Of a DNA stretch of 64,000 nucleotides, positions 48,191 through 57,332 are shown piece by piece. Each line of letters opens with the position of its first letter. Positions within the stretch are counted from its first letter, which is position 1. This stretch comes from Armatimonadota bacterium (GTDB lineage: Bacteria > Armatimonadota > UBA5829), in contig JAPLCU010000041.1 of NCBI GenBank assembly GCA_026392045.1, positions 84-64,083 of the forward strand, given 5' to 3'. The notes below the pieces were generated by a model. That model worked only from the letters and a program-made list of their open reading frames with translations. It did not search any database and was not told the origin of the DNA. The translations under genes were made by a program, and so were the position numbers.

Positions 48191-50548
48191 ATGGAACAAC
48201 ATACGCTCAAGGTTCTTGAGTTCGACAAAATAATATCGAAGCTTAAAGCTCAGGCTGCTTGCTCTTTGGGGCGGGAAGTTGCTGCGCTTACGTTTCCGAC
48301 CACGGATATTGAAGTTGCGCGGCGTATGCAGAAAGAGACCAGCGAGGCGCGGGCTATTCTTGATTATGAGGGCAATATTCCTCTTGGCGGGCTTACTGAT
48401 ATTCGCAAGTTTGTCGAGCGCTCGTCTGTAGGCTCACTGCTGCAGCCCGAAGAGCTGCTTTCGGTGCAGAGCACGCTTCGCGCCTCTAAGAGATTGGGGC
48501 AGTTTCTTGTAAAGCTTAGAGATAAATATCCGCTGCTTGGCGATCTTGCTAGCGAAATTGATCATTTCGATCACATTGATTCTGCCATTGCCGGCGCTAT
48601 CTCATCAAATGCCGAGGTTATGGATTCAGCCAGCCAGGCGCTTGCTCGCGCCCGTACCGAGCTGCGCAGCGCTCAGTCTCGCATCACTGAGAAGATGAAC
48701 TCTTACCTTCAGGGCAGCTACCGCACGATCATTCAAGACCCCGTCATAACAATTCGCAGCGACCGCTATTGCATTCCCATAAAGGCCGAGCACAGAGGGC
48801 AGTTTCCAGGCATAGTTCACGATGCCAGCACATCCGGCGCAACGTTATTTATCGAACCCGCCGCGGTAGTCGAACTTGGCAACAAGCGCAGGCAGTTGAT
48901 CGTTAAAGAGCGCGAGGAGGTCGAAAAAGTCCTTGCCAGGCTTACCGGCATGATAGGCGAATGTGTTGACCGAATCATGGCGATGCTCAATGTTGTCGGC
49001 ATGATAGATTGCATTGCCGCGCGAGCAAAGCTTGGCATTGCATTTAAGGGCACCGAAGCGTTCCTGAATGACAACGGCCAGATAGAGATTATTTCTGGTC
49101 GGCATCCGCTGCTTACCGGTGAAGTTGTTCCCATAGATATTACTCTCGGAAAAACATTCAACGCGCTACTAATCACCGGCCCTAATACCGGCGGAAAAAC
49201 CGTAAGCCTGAAAACGCTGGGGCTATTTTGTCTTATGGCGGCGAGCGGTCTGCAGATTCCCGCGTCACCTGGCACCGAGCTTGCAATTTATGATAATATC
49301 TACGCTGATATCGGCGACGAGCAGAGCATCGAGCAATCGCTGTCAACCTTTTCTTCTCACCTGAATAATATTGTGCGCATCACGCGCGGCGCTGGCAGCA
49401 ATTCGCTTGTTTTGATGGACGAAGTCGGGGCAGGCACGGATCCCGCCGAGGGCGCAGCGCTCGCGAAGGCTATTCTCGATTTTCTTCTTGCGAAGGGCGC
49501 CAAGATAGTTGCAACCACCCATTACGGCGAGCTTAAAGAATTTGCGTATATGCGCGAGGGTGTTGAAAACGCGTCTGTTGAGTTTGACCCCATTAGCCTG
49601 CGCCCAACATATCGCCTGATGATAGGCGTGCCCGGCAGCAGCAACGCATTTGCCATCGCGGCGCGCCTGGGGCTTGATTCAGCAATTACCGATGCCGCAA
49701 AAACCAATCTTTCAACTCATACCGAATCCAGCGATGAGCTTATCAGGCAGATAGAGGAAAGTCATAGGGTTGTATCAGAGCAGCGAAAAATTGCCGAGCA
49801 GAAATCCGCAGAGGCTGAAGAACTCAGAAATCGCTATCAAAAGCAATTGGGCGGCTTAGACAGCGCCCGGGAGCGAGCTGAAAGGCAGGCAAAATCGCGC
49901 GCTGAATCTGTTGTGGAATCATATTCACAGCGGCTTGATGAGACCCTCGAAGCGCTCGCAGCCCAGAAACCTGATACAAAACGCGCTCAAGACCTCAAGA
50001 AAAAGGTCGAGAAGCTCGTTGAAAAGATGGAAGAGAATGTCGTGAAGCCTATGACCAAGGAGAACCGCGACGAGGCGTTTCCTAAAGGTACGGCATTTTC
50101 GGTGGGTGCGCGTGTAGGAATAGCAAATGTTAATCATGATGGTGAAATCGCCGAATCGCCCCAGGGTGGGAAGGTGGTTGTGATGGTTGGCAATATGCGC
50201 GTTACTGTGCCCGTTTCAGCTCTTAGGAAGCCCCAGGGCGCTTCGGCGCGCGAGCTAAGATCGCAGCCAAACGAATCTCGCATCAGTTTCGAAAAGGCCA
50301 AAGATTTCAAACAAGAAATCCATCTTAGAGGTATGCGGGTTGAGGCGGCGTTGGAAGTTTTGGACAAGTATATGGACGATGCCATGGCTGCGGGCGCAGA
50401 ATCGATGCGAATAGTTCATGGCAAAGGCACCGGTCAGCTTCGGCTGGCGGTTTGGGAGTTCCTCAAGCATCACCTGGGAGTGCTTTCGTATAAAATCGGA
50501 GAACAAGACGAAGGCGGTTTTGGCGTTACTATCGTTCAGATGAAATAA
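48191..50548 (+). CDS. mutS2: endonuclease MutS2 (with C-terminal Smr domain)
   Basis: MutS domain V Walker motifs. C-terminal Smr (IHLRGMRVEAALEVLDKYMDDAMAAG..IVHGKGTG). Confidence 0.9.
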   Translation: MEQHTLKVLEFDKIISKLKAQAACSLGREVAALTFPTTDIEVARRMQKETSEARAILDYEGNIPLGGLTDIRKFVERSSVGSLLQPEELLSVQSTLRASKRLGQFLVKLRDKYPLLGDLASEIDHFDHIDSAIAGAISSNAEVMDSASQALARARTELRSAQSRITEKMNSYLQGSYRTIIQDPVITIRSDRYCIPIKAEHRGQFPGIVHDASTSGATLFIEPAAVVELGNKRRQLIVKEREEVEKVLARLTGMIGECVDRIMAMLNVVGMIDCIAARAKLGIAFKGTEAFLNDNGQIEIISGRHPLLTGEVVPIDITLGKTFNALLITGPNTGGKTVSLKTLGLFCLMAASGLQIPASPGTELAIYDNIYADIGDEQSIEQSLSTFSSHLNNIVRITRGAGSNSLVLMDEVGAGTDPAEGAALAKAILDFLLAKGAKIVATTHYGELKEFAYMREGVENASVEFDPISLRPTYRLMIGVPGSSNAFAIAARLGLDSAITDAAKTNLSTHTESSDELIRQIEESHRVVSEQRKIAEQKSAEAEELRNRYQKQLGGLDSARERAERQAKSRAESVVESYSQRLDETLEALAAQKPDTKRAQDLKKKVEKLVEKMEENVVKPMTKENRDEAFPKGTAFSVGARVGIANVNHDGEIAESPQGGKVVVMVGNMRVTVPVSALRKPQGASARELRSQPNESRISFEKAKDFKQEIHLRGMRVEAALEVLDKYMDDAMAAGAESMRIVHGKGTGQLRLAVWEFLKHHLGVLSYKIGEQDEGGFGVTIVQMK

Positions 50549-50556
50549 TAGGAGGG

Positions 50557-50967
50557 TTGATTATGTCTGTTGAAAAAGCTCAGATTTTCGCGATGATTGC
50601 TATGGCGATTGATGCAAGAGAGAAGGCGTACGCGCCCTATTCTAACTTCAAAGCAGGCGCGGCTGTGCTTACCCAGTCAAAGGTGTTTTCTGGATGCAAC
50701 GTCGAAAACGCCTCGTACGGCCTCACGATGTGCGCTGAGCGAGTCGCTATTCAAAAGGCCGTTGCTGAGGGTGAAACTAAGATTTTGGCTGTGGTGATTG
50801 CTGCGGGAGATGACCAAATCGTTCGTCCGTGCGGAGCGTGCTTGCAGGTGATCGCTGAGTTTGCCGCGTCTGGCAGCATTCCTATAGTTACCGCGACCGT
50901 TAATGGAGAATATGACATTCATTCGCTTGACGAATACATGCCGATGCGTTTTGAGCTTAAGGAGTAG
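50557..50967 (+). CDS. cdd: cytidine deaminase
   Basis: CAERVAIQKA and PCGACLQVIAEF zinc-binding motifs. Confidence 0.85.
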   Translation: MIMSVEKAQIFAMIAMAIDAREKAYAPYSNFKAGAAVLTQSKVFSGCNVENASYGLTMCAERVAIQKAVAEGETKILAVVIAAGDDQIVRPCGACLQVIAEFAASGSIPIVTATVNGEYDIHSLDEYMPMRFELKE

Positions 50968-50970
50968 GAT

Positions 50971-52008
50971 ATGTCCAATATGCTTAAAGAGATTCACCAG
51001 CAGCCCGATGTTATCAAAAAACTTGTCGGGCAGGAGCTTCATGCCGCCGAGAAACTTGCGGCTGAGATCAGGCAGCGGGATATACGCCTGGTGACAATAG
51101 CAGCGCGCGGCACGTCGGATCACGCTGCCATTTATGGTAAGTATTTGCTCGAAATACAAAATGCTATTCCTGTTGCTCTCGCGGATTGCTCTGTTTTTAC
51201 GCTCTATCATGCCGCTATGCGCCTCGAAAACACGCTGGTTATCGGAATATCGCAATCTGGCGAGGCGACTGATGTGGCCGAGTATCTTGAATGCTCAAAA
51301 ACCCTCGGCGCAGTTACGCTTGCTATTACAAACGAACCCGATTCGCGTCTTTCGCGTATCGCTGATCATACGATTTTGTGCCACGCAGGCCATGAGCTTG
51401 GCGTGGCGGCAACAAAAACCTACACATCCACTCTGGCAGCAATTTATCTGCTAAGCGCCTGTCTGTCCGGTGATGCTGCTGGAATCCAGAAGCTGCTTTC
51501 ATGCGCCGATGCGATGCGCGATGTGCTGAAGATGCAGGACCAAATCTTTGACAAAGTTGAGCGTTACAGATACATGACGTCCGGCTATGTGCTTTCGCGA
51601 GGGTTCAACTATTGCACTGCCCTTGAAGCCGCCCTGAAGCTCGCGGAGACAAGTTATCTGGGTATGCTGGGGTATTCCGCCGCAGATTTTCTCCACGGCC
51701 CCATTGCCGCAGTGCACGAAGATCAGGCGTGTTTCCTGATAGCGCCGCCGGGGAGGACGTTTGATGGTATGATGGATATGGCCGCACGTCTCAAAGAGCG
51801 AAAGGCAGAAACTATTATATTGAGCAGCGAAGATCAAATACTGGCGCTCGCGACCACGCCTTTCAAAATAGACGTCGAGCTGGATGAGGATTTAAGCCCG
51901 CTAATTTACATAATTCCAGGCCAACTTTTCGCCTGCAAATTGGCGCAAGTAAAAGGCTATGACCCAGACCGCCCGCGTGGTCTTACCAAAGTTACACTCA
52001 CAAGGTAA
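50971..52008 (+). CDS. SIS-domain sugar-phosphate isomerase/deaminase-like protein (two SIS domains)
   Basis: Tandem SIS motifs (VTIAARGTSDHAA ; GISQSGEATD). Confidence 0.7.
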   Translation: MSNMLKEIHQQPDVIKKLVGQELHAAEKLAAEIRQRDIRLVTIAARGTSDHAAIYGKYLLEIQNAIPVALADCSVFTLYHAAMRLENTLVIGISQSGEATDVAEYLECSKTLGAVTLAITNEPDSRLSRIADHTILCHAGHELGVAATKTYTSTLAAIYLLSACLSGDAAGIQKLLSCADAMRDVLKMQDQIFDKVERYRYMTSGYVLSRGFNYCTALEAALKLAETSYLGMLGYSAADFLHGPIAAVHEDQACFLIAPPGRTFDGMMDMAARLKERKAETIILSSEDQILALATTPFKIDVELDEDLSPLIYIIPGQLFACKLAQVKGYDPDRPRGLTKVTLTR

Positions 52009-52012
52009 AAAT

Positions 52013-53134
52013 ATGATCAACAAATTACGCATACAGAAGACTTTTATAGAATTGCTTCAAATAAACAGCCCGTCAAAGCACGAGCGGGGCATGGCTGATT
52101 ACCTCAAACCGAGGCTCGAAGAACTCGGTTTTTCCGTCGAAGAAGATGACACCGGCTCGCGCATCGATGGCGACACCGGTAACATAATCGCATTCAAACC
52201 GGGCACGATCCCAGGGGCGAAAAGCGTTTTTCTTGGCGCTCATCTGGATACAGTCGAACCAACTGATAAGCTCAAAGTAGTCATTGATGGCGAAAAGATA
52301 AGCTCAGACGGCACAACCATTCTTGGCGCAGATGACAAAGCAGGAATAGCAGCCATCATCGAGGGGCTGCAGTCGATTATAGATGACTCAAAACCGCACG
52401 GCGACATTCAGGTTATCTTTAACGTCAGCGAAGAGATCGGCCTGCTTGGCGCGCGATTTATGGATCATTCCAAGATTAAATCTGATTATGGTTTTGTTTT
52501 CGACACCCAAAAGCCTGTTTGCTGCATAACCTGGAGCGCGCCATCGCACGTAAATTTACTCGTTGAAATCACCGGCAAGGCATCGCACGCGGGCATGGCC
52601 CCTGAGAATGGTGTGAGCGCAATCCTGGCATCTTCTAATGCCATTTCAAAGATGCGGTTAGGCCAAATAGACCACGAGACCACAGCCAATGTCGGCGTAA
52701 TCGAGGGCGGAAAGGCGCGAAACATCGTTCCCGACCGAGTCACCATCAAAGCTGAAGCGCGAAGCCGAGATGAAGCCAAACTTGCTGCCCAGGTCGAGCA
52801 TATGAAAGCGACCTTTGAGGAAGAAGCCTCAAAAATCGGCGCAACGGCTGATGTGCATACGGAAAATGAATATTCGGCTTACCGCTGGACCGAAACCGAC
52901 GACATCGTCAAGCTCGCCGCAGCGGCAAGCAGGCGAATCGGGCTGGAGCCTGTATTTGTGGATGGTGGGGGCGGCAGCGATGCGAATGTGTACAACATGG
53001 CCGGCATTCCAGTCTTAAACATAGGCGTGGGCTACGGCGGCGCCCACAGCTCTTCTGAGAGCGTCACCGTAACTGACATGGCCAAGTGCGCCGAGTATGT
53101 GGTAGGCCTTATCGAAACTGCGGCGGAGGGCTAG
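52013..53134 (+). CDS. M20-family metallopeptidase (tripeptidase-like)
   Basis: HLDTV, GADDKAG and E-E (SEEIGLLGA) metal-binding motifs. The start at 52013 has better RBS spacing than 51959. Confidence 0.75.
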   Translation: MINKLRIQKTFIELLQINSPSKHERGMADYLKPRLEELGFSVEEDDTGSRIDGDTGNIIAFKPGTIPGAKSVFLGAHLDTVEPTDKLKVVIDGEKISSDGTTILGADDKAGIAAIIEGLQSIIDDSKPHGDIQVIFNVSEEIGLLGARFMDHSKIKSDYGFVFDTQKPVCCITWSAPSHVNLLVEITGKASHAGMAPENGVSAILASSNAISKMRLGQIDHETTANVGVIEGGKARNIVPDRVTIKAEARSRDEAKLAAQVEHMKATFEEEASKIGATADVHTENEYSAYRWTETDDIVKLAAAASRRIGLEPVFVDGGGGSDANVYNMAGIPVLNIGVGYGGAHSSSESVTVTDMAKCAEYVVGLIETAAEG

Positions 53135-53137
53135 AGA

Positions 53138-54226
53138 TTGCTTACACGCGCACGGGGCAAGGTAGTGTCCATAATCGCTTATCGCAACGAAACCCTTGAG
53201 ATAGCAGTCGATATTGACGGCGCTCCGGGCAAGGCGATCGCATATACTAATCTAACGGGCGAGCTGCAGGTGGGCGATGAAGTTTTGCTCAACACCACGG
53301 CAGTCGCCAAAGGCCTCGGCACTGGCGGATATCACTTTGTAATGGCCAATCTCACAACGCCCGAGAGCACAAACGAAACAGACTTGGGGCACGTCGTGAA
53401 AGCGCGTTATACGCCCGTCCAGCATACCGTGCTCTCAGTTGAAGAGAATGATTCACCGTTCCGCAAGGCTTTCGAAAAGTTCGAGACGCTCAACGCCATG
53501 CCCATAGTAATCGGCCAGCTTCACAGTCAGCTTGCTCCCGCTGCAGGCGCTATCAAACGCTTGTCACATGGCCGCGCAAAGGTTGCCTATATCATGACGG
53601 ATTCTGCTGCGCTGCCGCTTTCGTTCAGTCGGCTCGCGCACGAGTTGCGCTCAAAAGACCTGATCGATGCGACAATTACGGTCGGACAGGCTTTTGGGGG
53701 TGAATACGAGGCTGTAAACATTTTCACGGGGCTAATTGCGGCAAAGGAAATAGTGAAAGGTGATGTTGCCATAGTCTGCCCGGGGCCTGGAAATGTCGGC
53801 ACCGGCACTACTTACGGTTTTTCTTCCATTGAGCAGGGAGACATAGTTAACGCAGTAAATATTCTTGGAGGTTCGGCTATCGCAATCGCAAGAATCAGCT
53901 TTGCCGACCCGCGCCCGCGCCACCAGGGTCTTAGTCATCATACTCTGACCTCTTTAGGCAACGTGGCGCTCACAAAATGCACTCTCGCGCTTCCTATGAT
54001 GGATCAGATGCGGCTCCTTGCGGTTGAAGAGCAAATAAACCACTCAGCTATCGCCTATAAGCATAGATTGAGAATTATGGATGGATTGCCGGGCATAATT
54101 GAGTTGCAGGAAAAAGGCATAAAAATGTATAGCATGGGCAGAGGTTTCGAAGAAGATCAAGAATATTTCTTAAGCGCGGCTGCTGCAGGCGCGGTTGCTG
54201 CCGAAATGTTGAGATCTCCAGGCTAG
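53138..54226 (+). CDS. DUF3866-family protein
   Basis: LNTTAV.KGLGTGGYHFV block, recalled as typical of DUF3866. TTG start immediately after the M20 stop. Confidence 0.55.
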   Translation: MLTRARGKVVSIIAYRNETLEIAVDIDGAPGKAIAYTNLTGELQVGDEVLLNTTAVAKGLGTGGYHFVMANLTTPESTNETDLGHVVKARYTPVQHTVLSVEENDSPFRKAFEKFETLNAMPIVIGQLHSQLAPAAGAIKRLSHGRAKVAYIMTDSAALPLSFSRLAHELRSKDLIDATITVGQAFGGEYEAVNIFTGLIAAKEIVKGDVAIVCPGPGNVGTGTTYGFSSIEQGDIVNAVNILGGSAIAIARISFADPRPRHQGLSHHTLTSLGNVALTKCTLALPMMDQMRLLAVEEQINHSAIAYKHRLRIMDGLPGIIELQEKGIKMYSMGRGFEEDQEYFLSAAAAGAVAAEMLRSPG

Positions 54227-54440
54227 ACCCTGCAATATTACCATAATCTATTGTTCTGCCTATTAAACTCTCCATAAGTGTGAGGTAATCTGTTATAATA
54301 GATATATACTGCCGGTCTGCAAAAAGCTCATGGTCATGGGTAAATATCCCGATGTGATTTCCTGAAACTAATTGTAGTCCTCGCGGCGTATGAACTATTG
54401 TGGTATTCAATCGCATCCTGTAAGCTGACGCTTTGTAACA

Positions 54441-54600
54441 GCTCACTCTTTGTGAGAATACACGTACAAACTAGCATCCTGAGCTCCGTCGAAGGGTGCG
54501 GATAAGTCTAATCAAATGTAATTTCCCTGCCGCGTGCTTCGTCCTTCGACGCTGCTCAGGATTGCTCAGCATGCTCACATTGTACTCATCAAGAGTGAGC
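54441..54600. repeat. 160-bp imperfect inverted repeat (MITE-like or structured RNA): ~56-bp arms around a 47-nt loop, followed by a T-run
   Basis: Left arm gctcactctt..catcctgagc..cgtcgaagg. The reverse complement of the right arm is gctcactctt..aatcctgagc..cgtcgaagg. Confidence 0.5.
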
Positions 54601-54616
54601 TTTTACGACGCTTTTG

Positions 54617-54646
54617 TTGACACCGCAAGTTGGTTGTAGATATAAT
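54617..54646 (+). promoter_or_regulatory. consensus sigma70 promoter TTGACA-18 nt-TATAAT upstream of secDF
   Basis: Exact consensus hexamers ~90 nt upstream of the GTG start. Confidence 0.55.
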
Positions 54647-54734
54647 ATAATCTGTTAAGTAATTGTTTCGGCTTCGGGCTGGGCGTGCGCAATTCGCATG
54701 TGCTGGCTTAAAAGTATCTTGGGAGGATTCATTA

Positions 54735-57230
54735 GTGTCCAATTATCAAAAGCACTTTCTAATTACGATCGCTCTGGTCATTGCTGCAGTGGCAATATTT
54801 TTTTCTAAGGATTTGCCATTCCGCAAGGGACTGGACATTGACGGCGGCATGCGGGTTGTTTTCCAGGCTGACCCGACGGACCGCGCTGCATGGGGTAAAT
54901 TTACCTCTGACGAGAAGAAGAAAAAGATGGAGTCAGTCCGCAACATCATCGAAAAGAGGGTGGGTGGATTCTCTGGCGTTTCTGAACCAATAGTTTATAT
55001 TCAGAATTTCGACAGGCTTGTAGTTGAGATGCCTGGTGTAAAGGATCCTGAAAAAGCTCTAAAAGAAATCTCGTCCACAGCAGCGCTTGAATTTTATTAT
55101 CTAAGAAATATTCGCAATGCCAATAACCCTATGGGGCAGTGGCAAATGTCCTCTGAGGGCGGCGAAAACAGAAGTTACATGTTTATTGGTCCGAACAACG
55201 AGAGAATAGACAGCATAAAGAATGCTCCTGAAGTGCTCTCGAAGGTTGTTGACACAAAAGCAAACAAACCGGAGCTTACCGGTAAGGATATTCTGCCTAA
55301 TGCAAAAGCAGGTATCAATGGCAGGCAGCAGATCAACATCAGCATCGAGTTCAACAGAGAAGGAGCCATAACATTCGGTGACTTTACTCGCAAACACGTT
55401 AATGATGCTCTCGCTATTTTCTTTAACGGCGAATTGCTGACTGCTCCGAACATTAATGAACCGATTATGGACGGCAATGCCGAAATCACCGGCTTCAGAA
55501 GCCTGCCTGAGGCAAGACAGATCGCCGGATTGCTTAATGCTGGCGCTTTGCCTATTCCTCTTAAGATTCTGGCAAAGGATGTCGTTGAGCCGACACTCGG
55601 AAAAGAGACAATCAGCAAGGTTGTTGTGGCTGGTATAATGGGCCTCGCGCTGGTTATTGCGTTTATGTTTGCTTATTACAAACTTCCGGGCGCCATTTCG
55701 GTTGTTGCGCTGATTCTGTATACACTGTTCACTTGTGCTGTATTTAAGCTGTTTAAGGTTACCATGTCGCTGGCTGGCGTTTCGGCTTTGATCATATCCA
55801 TTGGTATGGCTGTAGACGCCAACATTCTAATCTTTGAGCGGCTAAAAGAAGAACTGCGCTCGGGTAAGACTCTGCGCGCTGCAATTGATGCCGGTTTTGG
55901 CCGTGCGTTCACGGCGATCTTTGACTCCAATATGTGTACTGCCATCACCTGCGCCATTTTGATGTCATTTGGTAGTCCATCGGTAAAGAGTTTTGCTATG
56001 ACTCTGATCATTGGTGTTGCGATCAGTATGTTCACGGCAATCACGGTGACCAGAACAATTCTTCACTTGCTTGTGACCTGGGAATGGGCTCAAAAGCCGT
56101 CGCTTTACGGTCTTAACACTGGCTGGCTGCACAATATGAGCTGGAATGTTGTTGGCAAGCGCAACTGGTTCTTTGCATTTAGTGCTTTGCTTATCGTTCC
56201 GGGTGTGATATTCCTGTTTGTTAACCATGCGAAATACGATGAATACCTCAAGAGAGGCATTGAGTTCCAGTCGGGAACTTCGATTCAGGCTACATTTGAG
56301 AAGCCTGTTGTGCATGCTGCATTAAAGGCTGCTGTGGAATCGATTTCTAAGCCTGCCGAAGTCCAGCTGAGCAAAGTTGATGGTATGGAAAAACGCGCAT
56401 TCATCAAGACATTGCCTTTGGGCCAGGGCAAAGAAATTCAACTACGCACACTTCTTAATGATCAATTTGGTCTTCTAAAGAGTGCCGGACATCCGGTATT
56501 CGATTCTGTGAGCAGCGTTGACCCTACTGTTAGTAGGGAGTTGACTAGCAAAGCTTTCTTGTCGGTATTGATTGCTTCTTTGTTGATTATTCTATATCTC
56601 ACCGGGCGCTTCGCTATCGGTGGTCTTGCTGAAGGCTTCAAGTATGGAGTATGCGCTGTTATTGCGCTGATTCATGATGCTCTGTTTATCCTTGGTCTGT
56701 TTGCAATCCTTGGATACTTCTTAAACTGGGAAATTGACAGTTTGTTTGTGACCGCTGTTCTGACCATTATCGGTTTCAGCGTTCACGACACCATCGTTGT
56801 ATTCGACAGGATTCGTGAAAATCTAAGGCATAGAGAGCGCGGCGAGAGTTTTGAGGCGCTTGCAAACAAGAGCATCATGCAGACATTGACAAGATCTATC
56901 AACACAACGCTGACGGTTGTATTGACATTGTCTATGTTGATCGCATTCGGCGGCCCGCTGCTGAGGCACTTTTATATAACTATGCTTGTTGGTATCATCA
57001 TCGGAACTTACTCGTCGATCTTCAACGCGACGCCGTTGGTTATCGTTTGGGATAAGCTTGCAAGCAAGACTGTTGCCGAACCTAAGAAGAAGGTGTTCGA
57101 GGATAAGGCGCTTGTTGAGAAGCCGAAGGCTGCCTCAAAGGCTGCTGTGGACTCTATCGAAACCGATGAATCCACCGCTGCCAAGAGCGATCGCATCAAG
57201 CGCAAGACAACCAAGAAACGCAGATTCTGA
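54735..57230 (+). CDS. secDF: protein translocase subunit SecDF (fused SecD-SecF)
   Basis: SecD periplasmic domain plus 12 TM and a SecF half. GTG start preceded by GGGAGGA. Lys-rich C-terminal tail. Confidence 0.85.
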   Translation: MSNYQKHFLITIALVIAAVAIFFSKDLPFRKGLDIDGGMRVVFQADPTDRAAWGKFTSDEKKKKMESVRNIIEKRVGGFSGVSEPIVYIQNFDRLVVEMPGVKDPEKALKEISSTAALEFYYLRNIRNANNPMGQWQMSSEGGENRSYMFIGPNNERIDSIKNAPEVLSKVVDTKANKPELTGKDILPNAKAGINGRQQINISIEFNREGAITFGDFTRKHVNDALAIFFNGELLTAPNINEPIMDGNAEITGFRSLPEARQIAGLLNAGALPIPLKILAKDVVEPTLGKETISKVVVAGIMGLALVIAFMFAYYKLPGAISVVALILYTLFTCAVFKLFKVTMSLAGVSALIISIGMAVDANILIFERLKEELRSGKTLRAAIDAGFGRAFTAIFDSNMCTAITCAILMSFGSPSVKSFAMTLIIGVAISMFTAITVTRTILHLLVTWEWAQKPSLYGLNTGWLHNMSWNVVGKRNWFFAFSALLIVPGVIFLFVNHAKYDEYLKRGIEFQSGTSIQATFEKPVVHAALKAAVESISKPAEVQLSKVDGMEKRAFIKTLPLGQGKEIQLRTLLNDQFGLLKSAGHPVFDSVSSVDPTVSRELTSKAFLSVLIASLLIILYLTGRFAIGGLAEGFKYGVCAVIALIHDALFILGLFAILGYFLNWEIDSLFVTAVLTIIGFSVHDTIVVFDRIRENLRHRERGESFEALANKSIMQTLTRSINTTLTVVLTLSMLIAFGGPLLRHFYITMLVGIIIGTYSSIFNATPLVIVWDKLASKTVAEPKKKVFEDKALVEKPKAASKAAVDSIETDESTAAKSDRIKRKTTKKRRF

Positions 57231-57280
57231 GACCCCGCTCTTGCGGGGTTCCAGGTGATCCGCTATACGGAGCCCGCGTT

Positions 57281-57316
57281 ATCCAAGCGATGACGCGGGC
57301 TTTTTTAACAAGTAAA
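57281..57316 (+). terminator. rho-independent terminator after secDF
   Basis: AGCCCGCG-15 nt-CGCGGGCT followed by TTTTTT. Preceded by a second small hairpin at 57242-57259. Confidence 0.75.
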
Positions 57317-57332
57317 TGAAGAGCAATTTAGC

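Noticed and set aside
51959-52012. Upstream start for the M20 peptidase at 51959, and the upstream ORF-track starts for sepF (17349), ytfT (31223), secDF (54663), the Rrf2 gene (8376), HtrA (26926) and the 905-aa protein (33851)
   Set aside because: Internal in-frame starts have canonical SD spacing and avoid long overlaps with the preceding gene, or remove non-homologous N-terminal extensions. The upstream codons lack ribosome-binding sites.
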